NCBI GenBank assembly: GCA_016713925.1
Contig: JADJOH010000002.1
Location: forward strand, 238,395 to 302,394
DNA: 64,000 nt
From: Bacteroidota bacterium
GTDB taxonomy: Bacteria > Bacteroidota > Bacteroidia > AKYH767-A > OLB10
Direction: 5' to 3'
A program made the position numbers and the translations under genes. Below are positions 11,057-20,931 of this stretch, piece after piece. The stretch's first letter is position 1, and each line of letters starts with the position of its first letter. Under the pieces are notes generated by a model. That model made no database searches. It was not told where the DNA came from and saw nothing but the letters and a program-made list of their open reading frames with translations.

Positions 11057-12484
11057 ATGAAAGCAGCTTCAGGTCATAAGAGCAAGGACAATCTCCAGTT
11101 CAACTGGGTGGTGGTATTTCTGCTGTTACCTGTCTTGTTTATTGTCAGTTATTGGAAGCAATTCAACGGGCTCTACGGCTCTGAATCGCATGAGAACTAC
11201 CGCATCATGCAGGGGCTTTTCACATTTCTCTCGGGAGGAGCAGCACAGCCCAGTTATCATAGTCCAATTCTTTTTCCATTGGCCGGAGCTATTGTATCGC
11301 TCATCATCCCCAAATTATTTGCCTTGCAGTTTGTCAGTATTGTATCGGCGGGTGTCTGCTATATTTCCTTTTGTCGTCTGCTCAATCAAATTTATCCCGA
11401 AGGAACACAGCGACAACGGTATGCTTTTCTGATTTTATTTTTATCACCCTTTTATTTAAAAGCTGCCCTGGTTGGACTCGCTGATATGTTGAGTATGGCT
11501 TTTCTCATGATTGCACTTCTGGAAAGTTATAAATGGAGAAATTCCCGCAGCAGTCAGTCGATGTTATTCGCCACATGTGCAGCTGTTCTGGCTGTACAAA
11601 CACGGTATGCTACTTTTCTCCTGCTGCTTCCTGTTTTACCCATGATATGGACAGCGGTCTCGAAGAGATTCTCGATTTTGTTAATTTGCATATTTGCTAT
11701 CATTATCACTTATACACCCAGTATCTTTTTCAAAGGACAAGAAGGGCTCAACCTTCTGTTACATCCCTGGCTTAAAGAATGGTCGGCGCTTAATCTCTTC
11801 AGCAGCACATTTGAATTAAATGGAAATCCTGAAAAATATACGCTACCCAACATTGCATTTGTCATTAGTACCTTATTGCATCCGGGCTATTGCCTCATAG
11901 GTTTACTCTTCATCATCGTCAGTTTACGACTTAAATTCCGTTTACCACTGAGTTGGGTCATCAGCCATTTTCTTTTTCTACTTTTCATTGCCGGACTACC
12001 TGCTCAGAATTTACGCTATCTGCTTCCCGCATTTCCTATAGCCTTGCTGGCATTTTACCCTGCTTATGAGCTCATCATTTTCAAATTTCGCACAAGAAAT
12101 CAACGCGTAGCTGTTTATGTAATTGCTGTAGCTATCCAAATCCTGCTTGCTATTAAAGTCATTACACCCGTCATTAAATATCAGCAAGAAGAATATGTTA
12201 TCGCTACTTCGCTAAAATTAAAGCCGGTAACCACATTAAACACCTATGCCATTGACCCGGCGCTGAGAACTTACGAAATTCCTCAAGAAATCGTGAACAT
12301 GTGGAGCACGCCTGATATGCTTTACATGAATGGCGATTTACTGCTCTTTAACAAAACCCGATTCAACAGCCAGGATAAAAATTTTGTTCCCTACAAGAAC
12401 TATGTTACGCTTAGAAATCAGGGAAGATTGATGTTTTTAAACTCTTATCCGAATGGATGGGAACTGTATCGGATTAAGCAGTAG
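11057..12484 (+). CDS. polytopic membrane protein, possibly a GT-C/ArnT-like glycosyltransferase
   Basis: At least 10 predicted TM helices and an overall ArnT/PMT-like topology. No diagnostic motif was recognised, so the functional call is weak. Confidence 0.35.
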   Translation: MKAASGHKSKDNLQFNWVVVFLLLPVLFIVSYWKQFNGLYGSESHENYRIMQGLFTFLSGGAAQPSYHSPILFPLAGAIVSLIIPKLFALQFVSIVSAGVCYISFCRLLNQIYPEGTQRQRYAFLILFLSPFYLKAALVGLADMLSMAFLMIALLESYKWRNSRSSQSMLFATCAAVLAVQTRYATFLLLLPVLPMIWTAVSKRFSILLICIFAIIITYTPSIFFKGQEGLNLLLHPWLKEWSALNLFSSTFELNGNPEKYTLPNIAFVISTLLHPGYCLIGLLFIIVSLRLKFRLPLSWVISHFLFLLFIAGLPAQNLRYLLPAFPIALLAFYPAYELIIFKFRTRNQRVAVYVIAVAIQILLAIKVITPVIKYQQEEYVIATSLKLKPVTTLNTYAIDPALRTYEIPQEIVNMWSTPDMLYMNGDLLLFNKTRFNSQDKNFVPYKNYVTLRNQGRLMFLNSYPNGWELYRIKQ

Positions 12485-12540
12485 ATTAATCAGGAAACAT
12501 TCAGATTTATTTTTCGTAAACATGTTTTCCACTACAAAGC

Positions 12541-13722
12541 ATGTCTTCGTCAGCTCAATACCGCAACTTTATTTCAGATGCACTTCGAACAGCTCTTCTG
12601 TCTCATGGAGCTGTGTTGCTGATTACTTTATGCATACCCGCCATCATAGCGAACAGATTCGGACTGCTGTATCTTGGACAAATACTACCGGTTTACATGT
12701 TATTTTACTTCCTTCAGTATTTGATTCATTTCAACTTTTCATACAGCATGAATACGGCAACTCCGGGACAGCATGATGATCTATTTACAGAATGGGAAAA
12801 CGCTATTCGAGCCCGCACAACCATTGCCTTCCTCAGCGTTTCCACCTTATTTCTCCTCCAAATCCCGATCATCATTCTGCTAAGTGGATTCCTATGGTCG
12901 CTCTTCAGATTTTACAACTTAAGTTATTTTTTCATGCCGGGCGGGGATGCTCATTTGCCACATCGGATAATAATAGAATGGATACTACATCTCATCGGAC
13001 TGGCAATTCTCATCGTATATCCCGGCATATTCACAGCGGAAATATTTTTCAATATTCTGGCAGGTTTAGAACTATTAAAATTTCTAATTCATTCTACGAT
13101 TACCGGAGTAAATTTCAAATTTCCTCTATTACCCCGTGTCAATTTCACAGTGATTCAACAGAACACCTCCTACTTTATCAGCAGTCTGGTTTCCTTTCTG
13201 AAAAACAAAATCATTCTTTTGCCGGCAATTCTTATGCTACCGGGGCTTGCACTTGGAAAATTCTATATGATATTTCTATGGGTGATGGCCGGCATTCAAA
13301 TCTCCTACCCGTTCATGAAAAATAAAATCAATTCATTTCAATTCTTAAACAATGGCGAAATAAATCGTCATAGCTTGAAATTCACCATCTATGGAAGTCT
13401 GGTTAGTTTCATTTGGACTTGTGGTGGATACTTCCTGCTTGCAGCAACTAACGCTGACCTCTATCGGCAACCGGAATTAATGATACCTGTATTTCTTATT
13501 AGTCTATTCTCCTTTTACAATATTCCAAAAGAATACTTACTCATAAAGTATCGGGAAGGTAGAAACATTGACCTGATGAATGGATTACTTCTTCCACTTC
13601 AAATTGCCGGTAGTGTTATCGCTTTTTCGAGTGGAAATTCAATACACTGCTTTTGGATTCTCCTGATCACATCAGTCCTCTACACTATAAGCATACATTA
13701 CTTTTGCAGAAAATTGGTGTAA
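12541..13722 (+). CDS. polytopic membrane protein of unknown function
   Basis: A 393-aa ORF that is hydrophobic throughout (multiple TM segments), co-directional with the preceding membrane protein. Confidence 0.5.
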   Translation: MSSSAQYRNFISDALRTALLSHGAVLLITLCIPAIIANRFGLLYLGQILPVYMLFYFLQYLIHFNFSYSMNTATPGQHDDLFTEWENAIRARTTIAFLSVSTLFLLQIPIIILLSGFLWSLFRFYNLSYFFMPGGDAHLPHRIIIEWILHLIGLAILIVYPGIFTAEIFFNILAGLELLKFLIHSTITGVNFKFPLLPRVNFTVIQQNTSYFISSLVSFLKNKIILLPAILMLPGLALGKFYMIFLWVMAGIQISYPFMKNKINSFQFLNNGEINRHSLKFTIYGSLVSFIWTCGGYFLLAATNADLYRQPELMIPVFLISLFSFYNIPKEYLLIKYREGRNIDLMNGLLLPLQIAGSVIAFSSGNSIHCFWILLITSVLYTISIHYFCRKLV

Positions 13723-13772
13723 AAAAAAGAGCCTCTTTTTACAGAGACTCTTTTTCAATAATTTAAACGATC

Positions 13773-15965
13773 TTATCGTATCGTCACCATCTCACGAATT
13801 TTTGGAAGTGGCCAACATTCGTCATCAACAATCAATTCCAGTTTATCGACATGGTAACGGATCGTATCGAAATAGGCTTTGACCTTATCACAATAAGCAA
13901 TGGCTCTTGAACGCACATTCTCGATCGCATTCGCTTTCTTTCTGGCCTCTACCATTTCGTCGACGTTCTTTTTAATGATGGTGAGATGAGCAGATATCTC
14001 ACGAATCAATTCCAATTGGGTGGTATAAGTATCCTTCGGTAAACCGATATCTTTCATACCTTCCACATTCTGCACGAGGAGATGCTGGTACTTAATTGCA
14101 GCAGGGATGATATGATTACTGGCCAGATGTCCCATCACACGGGATTCGATCTGTATTTTCTTGATATACGTCTCGAGCATGATCTCGTGTCTTGCTTCGT
14201 TCTCACGATGACTGAAGATGCCATTTCGCTCAAAGAGATCCATTGATTTTTTCGTCACAAAAGCATCGAGAGCAGGAGGTGTTGTGGTCACATTGCTCAA
14301 GCCACGCTTCTTCGCTTCCTTCTTCCATTCTTCACCGTAACCATTGCCTTCAAAACGTATCGCCTTTGTATCCACAATATATTTACGCAATACTTTCAGA
14401 ACTGCCTCGTCGGTTTTAATTCCTTTCTTCGCGATGGCCTCTACTTCCGCGTGGAACTTCTTCAACTGATCGGCTACGATGGTATTCAAAATCGTCATCG
14501 GATGTGCTGAATTCGCAGAAGAACCTACCGCGCGAAACTCGAATTTATTTCCTGTAAAAGCAAACGGTGATGTACGGTTACGATCTGTATTATCGAGGAG
14601 AATTTCCGGAATTTTACCGATGTTTAATTTTAACGCAGTCTTCTGCTCCGGTGTCATCTTCTTCTCGTTGACTGATTTCTCAATTTCATCCAAAACGGAG
14701 GAGAGCTGTCGTCCGAGGAAGATGGACATGATAGCCGGAGGAGCTTCATTGGCACCGAGGCGATGATCATTACTGGCTGTAGCTATAGAAGCACGCAGGA
14801 GGTCCGCATGTTCATGTACCGCTTTGATGGTGTTGATGAAAAACGTCAGGAACCAAAGATTGCTTTTCGGTGAATTACCCGGTGAGAGCAGATTTTTGCC
14901 GGTATTGGTGGTCATGCTCCAGTTATTGTGTTTACCGGAACCGTTGATGCCCGCATAAGGCTTCTCATGCAACAACACTTTGAAATTATGACGACGCGCT
15001 ACCTTATCCATCAGATCCATCAATAACTGATTATGATCCACGGCGAGATTGATATCTTCAAACACCGGCGCACACTCGAATTGTGATGGGGCTACTTCAT
15101 TGTGACGTGTCTTGAGCGGAATACCCAGCTTCAATGATTCCACTTCGAAATCCACCATGAACGAATTCACTCTGTCGGGAATAGATCCGAAGTAATGGTC
15201 TTCGAGTTGTTGTCCCTTCGCTGCCTCTGCACCAAACAAAGTACGACCTGTCATTTCCAAATCGGGACGAGCGTTGTAGATATCGATGTCAACAAGAAAA
15301 TATTCCTGTTCAATACCAAGCGTCGACCAAACATTGGTGACATTCTTATCGAAGAACTGACAAACGGGAACCGCAGCCTGATTAAGGGCATGCAGTGCTT
15401 TTAATAATGGCGCCTTATAATCAAGGGTTTCGCCGGTATAGGAAACGAAAATAGTAGGGATGCAGAGCGTCTTTCCGGAGGGACTGTCCATGATGAACGC
15501 CGGGGAACTGGGATCCCAGGCCGTATAACCACGCGCCTCAAACGTATTGCGAATACCACCACTGGGGAAGGAAGAGGCATCCGGTTCCTGCTGCACAAGC
15601 GCGCTGGAGCTGAATGCTTCGATCGCACGACCTTCATCACTGAGTTCAAAGAAAGAATCGTGTTTTTCGGCTGTGGTACCCGTTAGAGGCTGGAACCAGT
15701 GTGTATAATGTGTCGCGCCCATGCTCACGGCCCAGTTCTTCATCGCTGCTGCCACGAGTTCTGCTACTTTGCGATCGATACGCTGACCGGTGGTAGTCGC
15801 TTCCATCACCTGCTTAAACACCTCTTTGCTGAGATATTTATGCATCTTCTCTTTGTCGAAGACATTTACTGCGTAATAATCAGAAACTTTTCCTGCAGGA
15901 GGAACCACCACAACGGGAGTGCGGTTGATACATTTTTCTAGTGCGCGGAAGCGGAGGATAGCCAT
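13773..15965 (-). CDS. glutamine synthetase type III
   Basis: A 730-aa ORF. Length and sequence (MAILRFRALE..., ...GINGSGKHNNWS...) match GS-III of Bacteroides and cyanobacteria. Confidence 0.9.
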   Translation of the reverse strand: MAILRFRALEKCINRTPVVVVPPAGKVSDYYAVNVFDKEKMHKYLSKEVFKQVMEATTTGQRIDRKVAELVAAAMKNWAVSMGATHYTHWFQPLTGTTAEKHDSFFELSDEGRAIEAFSSSALVQQEPDASSFPSGGIRNTFEARGYTAWDPSSPAFIMDSPSGKTLCIPTIFVSYTGETLDYKAPLLKALHALNQAAVPVCQFFDKNVTNVWSTLGIEQEYFLVDIDIYNARPDLEMTGRTLFGAEAAKGQQLEDHYFGSIPDRVNSFMVDFEVESLKLGIPLKTRHNEVAPSQFECAPVFEDINLAVDHNQLLMDLMDKVARRHNFKVLLHEKPYAGINGSGKHNNWSMTTNTGKNLLSPGNSPKSNLWFLTFFINTIKAVHEHADLLRASIATASNDHRLGANEAPPAIMSIFLGRQLSSVLDEIEKSVNEKKMTPEQKTALKLNIGKIPEILLDNTDRNRTSPFAFTGNKFEFRAVGSSANSAHPMTILNTIVADQLKKFHAEVEAIAKKGIKTDEAVLKVLRKYIVDTKAIRFEGNGYGEEWKKEAKKRGLSNVTTTPPALDAFVTKKSMDLFERNGIFSHRENEARHEIMLETYIKKIQIESRVMGHLASNHIIPAAIKYQHLLVQNVEGMKDIGLPKDTYTTQLELIREISAHLTIIKKNVDEMVEARKKANAIENVRSRAIAYCDKVKAYFDTIRYHVDKLELIVDDECWPLPKIREMVTIR

Positions 15966-16755
15966 TTTTTAATTTGAAGATTTTTTAATTTGAAGATTTG
16001 AAGATGTTATGATTTGTCGAGAGCTTTAGCTCGAGATCGCGAGCAACGCCTCGCTAAAGATTTGAAGATGGGTTAATTTGAAGATTTGATAATGAGATGC
16101 GAGGGTGAATGCTTTGTGAATGAATGTATGCTTGGATGAATGCTATAATTTGGGATTGCTATGTTGAATGATTGTTATGATGGGAGATGGCTGTGGGGAG
16201 ATGGGTTAATCTCCCTGTCGGGAGACAGGTTTGAAGATGGGTTAATTTGAAGATTTGAAGATGTTATGATTTAATGAATGCTATATTGATTGAGTGTTTT
16301 ATTGAGCGAAGGCTTGTTTAGAGATTGCTATTTGGGGAGATGCCTTTGAGGCGAAATGCCTTTGTGGGGAGATGGCTTTGTGGGGAGATGGGGAGGTTGG
16401 ATTGGGAGTTTAGTATTAATCCGGGGCAAATGTATGAGATTTTGGGGGGTGGTGTCAAGAAAAAGGTGTTTTTTTTCAACATACCCCTGTTGTTTTAGGG
16501 GGGATGGTTAATAAAAAGAGGTTTTTTATGGAAATGGTCAGGATTTTTTGGGGTGATCTGGCTTTTTTGGAAAATTTTAGGGGATTAAGGGCGAGGGCGG
16601 GGAGATGTGTAGTGATAGCGTGTCCTGCTTTACCTCAATGCGATAAACAAAGAATTTGAGAGGATCAATATAAAGAAGGATCGGCCTGTGAAAAAGGGCA
16701 AAAGATGATTAATCTTACATAAGGATTGAAAAATGTGGTTGGAGAGTGAGCAGAT
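15966..16755. promoter_or_regulatory. ~790-bp ORF-free leader/promoter region of GS-III, G+T-rich on the plus strand and dense with short direct repeats
   Basis: Repeated motifs ttaatttgaagatt (x4), gatgggttaatttgaagatttgaagatgttatgattt (16066 and 16237), and (t)ggggagatgg (x5 at 16183-16392). Small palindromes include gagctttagctc and cctgtcgggagacagg. Confidence 0.4.
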
Positions 16756-18689
16756 TTATCGCTCAATTCTTTTGAGTTTGAGACCGATAATGGGTCTCAC
16801 GATAAGCGGAACTTTCTCTACGGCTACTGTACTTGTATCGAGTCCGAAAGCTTTTTCTTCAGGGAGGGCGACGCGCTTGATGAGGAAATACAGATCCATA
16901 ATAATTTTCTGGCGCCAGGGGAGATCATTGTCTACGCTCAGGAACTTCTCCATCACCACGAATCTGAAATCGCCGGTCAGGTGACGTTTCTCCAGAGAAG
17001 GGTAACGACTAACGATATTTACTTCCTTATTTTTCACCAGGTCTTCCACCACATGACGGAACATCAGGTTAATCCTTGGATCAATACGGAAACCAATTTT
17101 AAAATCAACACGCATCAGCTTATCCTTCATCACCTCGGTCACTTTGTATTCGAGGGTATAGGGTTCATCCAACACATCCACATGCACAAACCAATACATA
17201 TCAGCACGCTTGGGTTGCTTATATAAAATGGAATGAACTACTTTCTCCTCGATTTCATTCACATAATTGGCGCTGGTCAGGTAGACAAGATGCGTGGCGT
17301 ACTTTGGAATAGTGGTGTCGCTGCTCAGCTTCTCCAGCAAGGGAAGGAACTCATCCACTTTCACAAACTCTACCAGTTTGTTCCTGATCTTCCTTGAATA
17401 ATAAAGCACAATCATTACCGTAATCAAGACACTGGCAATCAAAAATGTCACCCATCCGCCATGAGAAAATTTCGCCAGATTCGCTGCCAGAAAGCTAAAA
17501 TCAATGGTGAGATAAACAGGCAATAATACATAGGCCAGAATTTTGGGATACTTGTAGAGAATAAGATAATTCGTCAATAAGATGGTAGTCATTAAAAAAG
17601 TGGTGACTATAGCTAAACCATAGGCCGCTTCCATCTTCGAAGACTCTTCAAAATAAAGCACCACTGCGATACAACCTGCATAAAGCAACCAGTTGAGGGA
17701 AGGGATATACAATTGTCCGCGCAAATCAGAAGGGTAAACCACCTTCACCTTCGGCCAGAAATTTAAACGGATGGCTTCGTTGATCAACGTAAAGGAACCG
17801 CTGATCATCGCCTGAGAAGCTATAATTGCGGAGGCAGTAGCGATGCCAATACCGATAGGCAAAAACCAATCCGCCATAATCAGATAAAAAGGATTACCAC
17901 CATCCAGTGTTTGTCCATTATGCTCCATTAAATAGACACCTTGTCCGAAATAATTCAACAGCAACATGGCTTTCACAAAACCCCATGTCAATCGCACATT
18001 CTTCTTACCACAATGTCCGAGGTCGCTATATAAGGCTTCGGCACCCGTTGTACAAAGGAAGACCGCCCCCAGCAACCAAAATCCCCCGGGATGATCGAAC
18101 AGCAAATCGGCCGCATACATGGGATTGATCGCCTTAAAAACTGTAAAATCTTTTCCAATACTTAAAATACCCAGCACCCCCAGCATCCCAAACCAAAGTA
18201 ACATCACCGGACCAAAGAACTTCCCTATGAAGTTCGTCCCGAAGCGCTGGATCACAAACAAAGCCGTGATAATACTGATCACGATGGGTATGGTTGGAAT
18301 ATCCGGACGAATCGCCTGCAACCCTTCCACTGCTGATGCCACGGAAATGGGCGGCGTGATTATACCATCATACTACCTCCAATCAGCGCCGGAAAAACAA
18401 GCCAGGCAATTTTTCGTCGACGCACAAGGGCGTATAAAGAAAAAATACCACCTTCTCCTTTATTATCAGCACGAAGGGTCAGGATGACATACTTCAGGGT
18501 AGTTTGCAGGGTAATTGTCCAGAAAATACAGGAAAGTCCCCCTAAAATCACTGAAGTTTCAATGGGTCCTTTCCCCACTATCGCCTTCATCACATAAAGC
18601 GGCGAAGTACCGATATCACCATAAATAATACCCAAAGTCACCAATAATCCGGCGGCCGTAATTTTCTGATGTGAGGTATGGGAGCTCAA
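16756..18689 (-). pseudogene. kup: KUP/HAK/KT potassium uptake protein, split by an apparent frameshift near 18340-18362 into a 109-aa N-terminal part and a 528-aa C-terminal part
   Basis: The N-terminal ORF carries the Kup motif GIIYGDIGTSPLYV and ends ...ALIGGSMMV*. In the adjacent frame the sequence continues YDGIITPPISVASAVEGLQ (the Kup consensus GDGxITPAISVLSAVEGL). The combined length is ~637 aa, as expected for Kup. This could be a sequencing error. Confidence 0.75.
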
Positions 18690-18726
18690 GGGGTTGAAAA
18701 CCGAGGTGCAAATGTAGTAGTTTAAT

Positions 18727-18870
18727 GTTTAAAGTATACCATGAAGCGTATCGCTTTTTAGCGATTCTGCTTCATGGTTTAAGGTTTAAAGTTCAAGGTT
18801 TAAAGTTTACCATGAAGCGTATCGCTTTTTAGCGATTCTGCTTCATGGTTTAAGGTTTAGGGTTTGAATG
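18727..18870. repeat. two tandem ~72-bp copies of a hairpin element in the kup leader
   Basis: Unit ...ccatgaagc-gt-atcgc-ttttta-gcgat-tct-gcttcatgg... (9-bp outer stem plus 5-bp inner stem), repeated at 18739-18777 and 18811-18849. Confidence 0.6.
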
Positions 18871-19308
18871 TTCCTATAAAATTAAAATCCCCGGAAAATT
18901 CCAGGGATTATTGGTAGCGGGGATAGTCCCGATGGCTATCGGGATCGAACCTATGTCCAAGGTGGCATGTATGAGTATAATGAGTTATTGAAGGTTCTTA
19001 TAAAATTAAAATCCCCGGAAAATTCCAGGGATTATTGGTAGCGGGGATAGTCCCGATGGCTATCGGGATCGAACCTATGTCCAAGGTGGCATGTATGAGC
19101 GTAACGAGTTTTGAAGGTTCTAACACTAACGAGTTTTTGAAGGTTCTTATAAAATTAAAATCCCCGGAAAATTCCAGGGATTATTGGTAGCGGGGATAGT
19201 CCCGATGGCTATCGGGATCGAACCTATGTCCACGGTGGCAGGTATGAGTATAATGAGTTATTGAAGGTTCCTATAAAATTAAAATCCCCGGAAAATTCCA
19301 GGGATTAT
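18871..19308 (-). repeat. three tandem degenerate copies (~125-148 bp each) of the 3' two-thirds of the adjacent tRNA-Met, lying immediately downstream of the tRNA
   Basis: Each unit (minus-strand sense) reads ...CTCGTTacGCTCATAcatgcc...GGaCATAGGTTCGA[tcccgatagccatcggga]CTATCCCCGCTACCA. The true tRNA reads CTCGTTggGCTCATAaccc...GGtCATAGGTTCGAgtcCTATCCCCGCTACCA. Confidence 0.8.
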
Positions 19309-19383
<75 letters not shown>

Positions 19384-19620
19384 CTGTATGTTTTCTGTGC
19401 TATGTTAAAAACCTAAAAATCCTTAAGCGGGGTGCAAAGTTAAGAATAACTAAACCAAATCCAATGCTTTTAGAGAAATAGAATATTACAATTTGATTTT
19501 CAAATGATTAATCAATAATAATTGATTTCAATAGAGAATTTCAACACTTCTTAGAAAATGTTTAGTTCGATTTTAAATTATACTTAATGAAAATTTTTCG
19601 TGGTATTTGAATCTATTTCC

Positions 19621-19753
19621 GGTGTCACCCTTTCCGTAATGACAGGTCGCGACCTGTCATTACGGAAGGGGTGACACATCGCGACCTGTCACTACATACA
19701 GAATATACAACCCGGGACATCGCTGGTGACAGGTCGCGACCTGTCACTACATA
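19621..19753. promoter_or_regulatory. cluster of long inverted repeats between the murB 3' end and tRNA-Met
   Basis: A 57-bp near-perfect palindrome (one mismatch) spans 19621-19677. The perfect 20-bp palindrome TGACAGGTCGCGACCTGTCA occurs at 19640-19659 and 19727-19746. The direct repeat cgcgacctgtcactacata occurs at 19679-19697 and 19735-19753. Confidence 0.45.
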
Positions 19754-19772
19754 ACGAATGGAATATGTCAAA

Positions 19773-20789
19773 TCAATACACATTCACCTCCGGATCAATT
19801 CTGACGCCGAATTTTTCGATGACGCTGTCGCGGATTTTCAGGGCGAGTTCGTAGATTTCCTTGCCGGTGGCTTCTCCGTAGTTGACCAGCACCAGGGCCT
19901 GGTCTTTGTGTGAGCCGGTATGTCCGACTACCTTGCCCTTCCAGCCGCATTGCTCGATGAGCCAGCCTGCTGCTAATTTTACTTTTCCGGGAAGGGTCGG
20001 ATAGCCAACAACGTTAGGATGGGCTGCTTTGAGTTGATCAAATACCTGCTGATCTACTTCCGGATTTTTGAAGAAACTGCCGGCATTACCTAATACTTTT
20101 GGATCCGGGAGTTTGCTGCGCCTGATGTTGATGACGGCATTGCTGACATCGCGTACCCCCGGCACCGTTATACCCATATGCTGTAACTCCTGTGCGATGG
20201 CTCCATAGGAAGTATTTAATTGCGGATTCCTGCTCAGGCAAAAAGTGACATGGGTGATAAAAAAGCGATTCTTCAGTTCATGCTTAAAAACACTCTCCCT
20301 GTATCCGAATTTACAATCGGCAGCAGAGAACTTACGGATTTCCATCGTGTCCAGTTGCAAGGCATCCAGTTCATAAAAAGAATCTTTCAGTTCTACTCCG
20401 TACGCGCCGATGTTTTGCATGGGCCCCGCTCCTACACTACCGGGAATCAGACTGAGGTTCTCCATTCCTCCCAGTCCTTGTTCTATAGACCACATCACCA
20501 AATCATGCCAGGTCTCTCCTGCTCCGGCTCGTACCCAAACCCGTTGATCGTCCTGGCGTATTATTTCAATTCCGGAAATCCGGTTGAGCAATACCAGTCC
20601 ATCTACATCGCGGGTGAAGAGGATATTGCTTCCTCCGCCAAGGATGAGGCGGTCCTGGTGTTTCAGATGATCGTCGGTGAGTGCTTCGCGTAAGTTTTCT
20701 GTGCTGTCAATGCTTAATAAATATTTTGCTTTGACGTCAATGCCAAAAGTGTTGTAGGGTTTTAGAGATATGTTCTTCTCGACAGGCAT
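19773..20789 (-). CDS. murB: UDP-N-acetylenolpyruvoylglucosamine reductase
   Basis: 338 aa with an FAD-binding PCMH domain and a MurB C-terminal domain (...RSKLPDPKVLGNAGSFFKNP...). Confidence 0.9.
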   Translation of the reverse strand: MPVEKNISLKPYNTFGIDVKAKYLLSIDSTENLREALTDDHLKHQDRLILGGGSNILFTRDVDGLVLLNRISGIEIIRQDDQRVWVRAGAGETWHDLVMWSIEQGLGGMENLSLIPGSVGAGPMQNIGAYGVELKDSFYELDALQLDTMEIRKFSAADCKFGYRESVFKHELKNRFFITHVTFCLSRNPQLNTSYGAIAQELQHMGITVPGVRDVSNAVINIRRSKLPDPKVLGNAGSFFKNPEVDQQVFDQLKAAHPNVVGYPTLPGKVKLAAGWLIEQCGWKGKVVGHTGSHKDQALVLVNYGEATGKEIYELALKIRDSVIEKFGVRIDPEVNVY

Positions 20790-20931
20790 CAGTATGATAT
20801 AATTTAATCTTTATAGTACGAATTTAGTTAATTAAATGAAGCAATTTCAGTAGACAAAATATTTTCTCAGTAACCACTAAGTCACTAAGGCCACTTAGGA
20901 CACTAAGAGCAGTAAGAAAACTCCCATTTGA

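Noticed and set aside
16733-18487. Plus-strand ORFs overlapping kup (16733..16984, 16981..17226, 17907..18128, 18119..18487)
   Set aside because: They are antisense to the well-supported kup coding sequence and have no recognisable domains.
18871-19308. Possible CRISPR array or additional tRNA genes
   Set aside because: The units are ~125 bp with no spacers. They lack the tRNA 5' acceptor/D-arm and have a disrupted T-loop, so they are pseudo-tRNA fragments, not genes.
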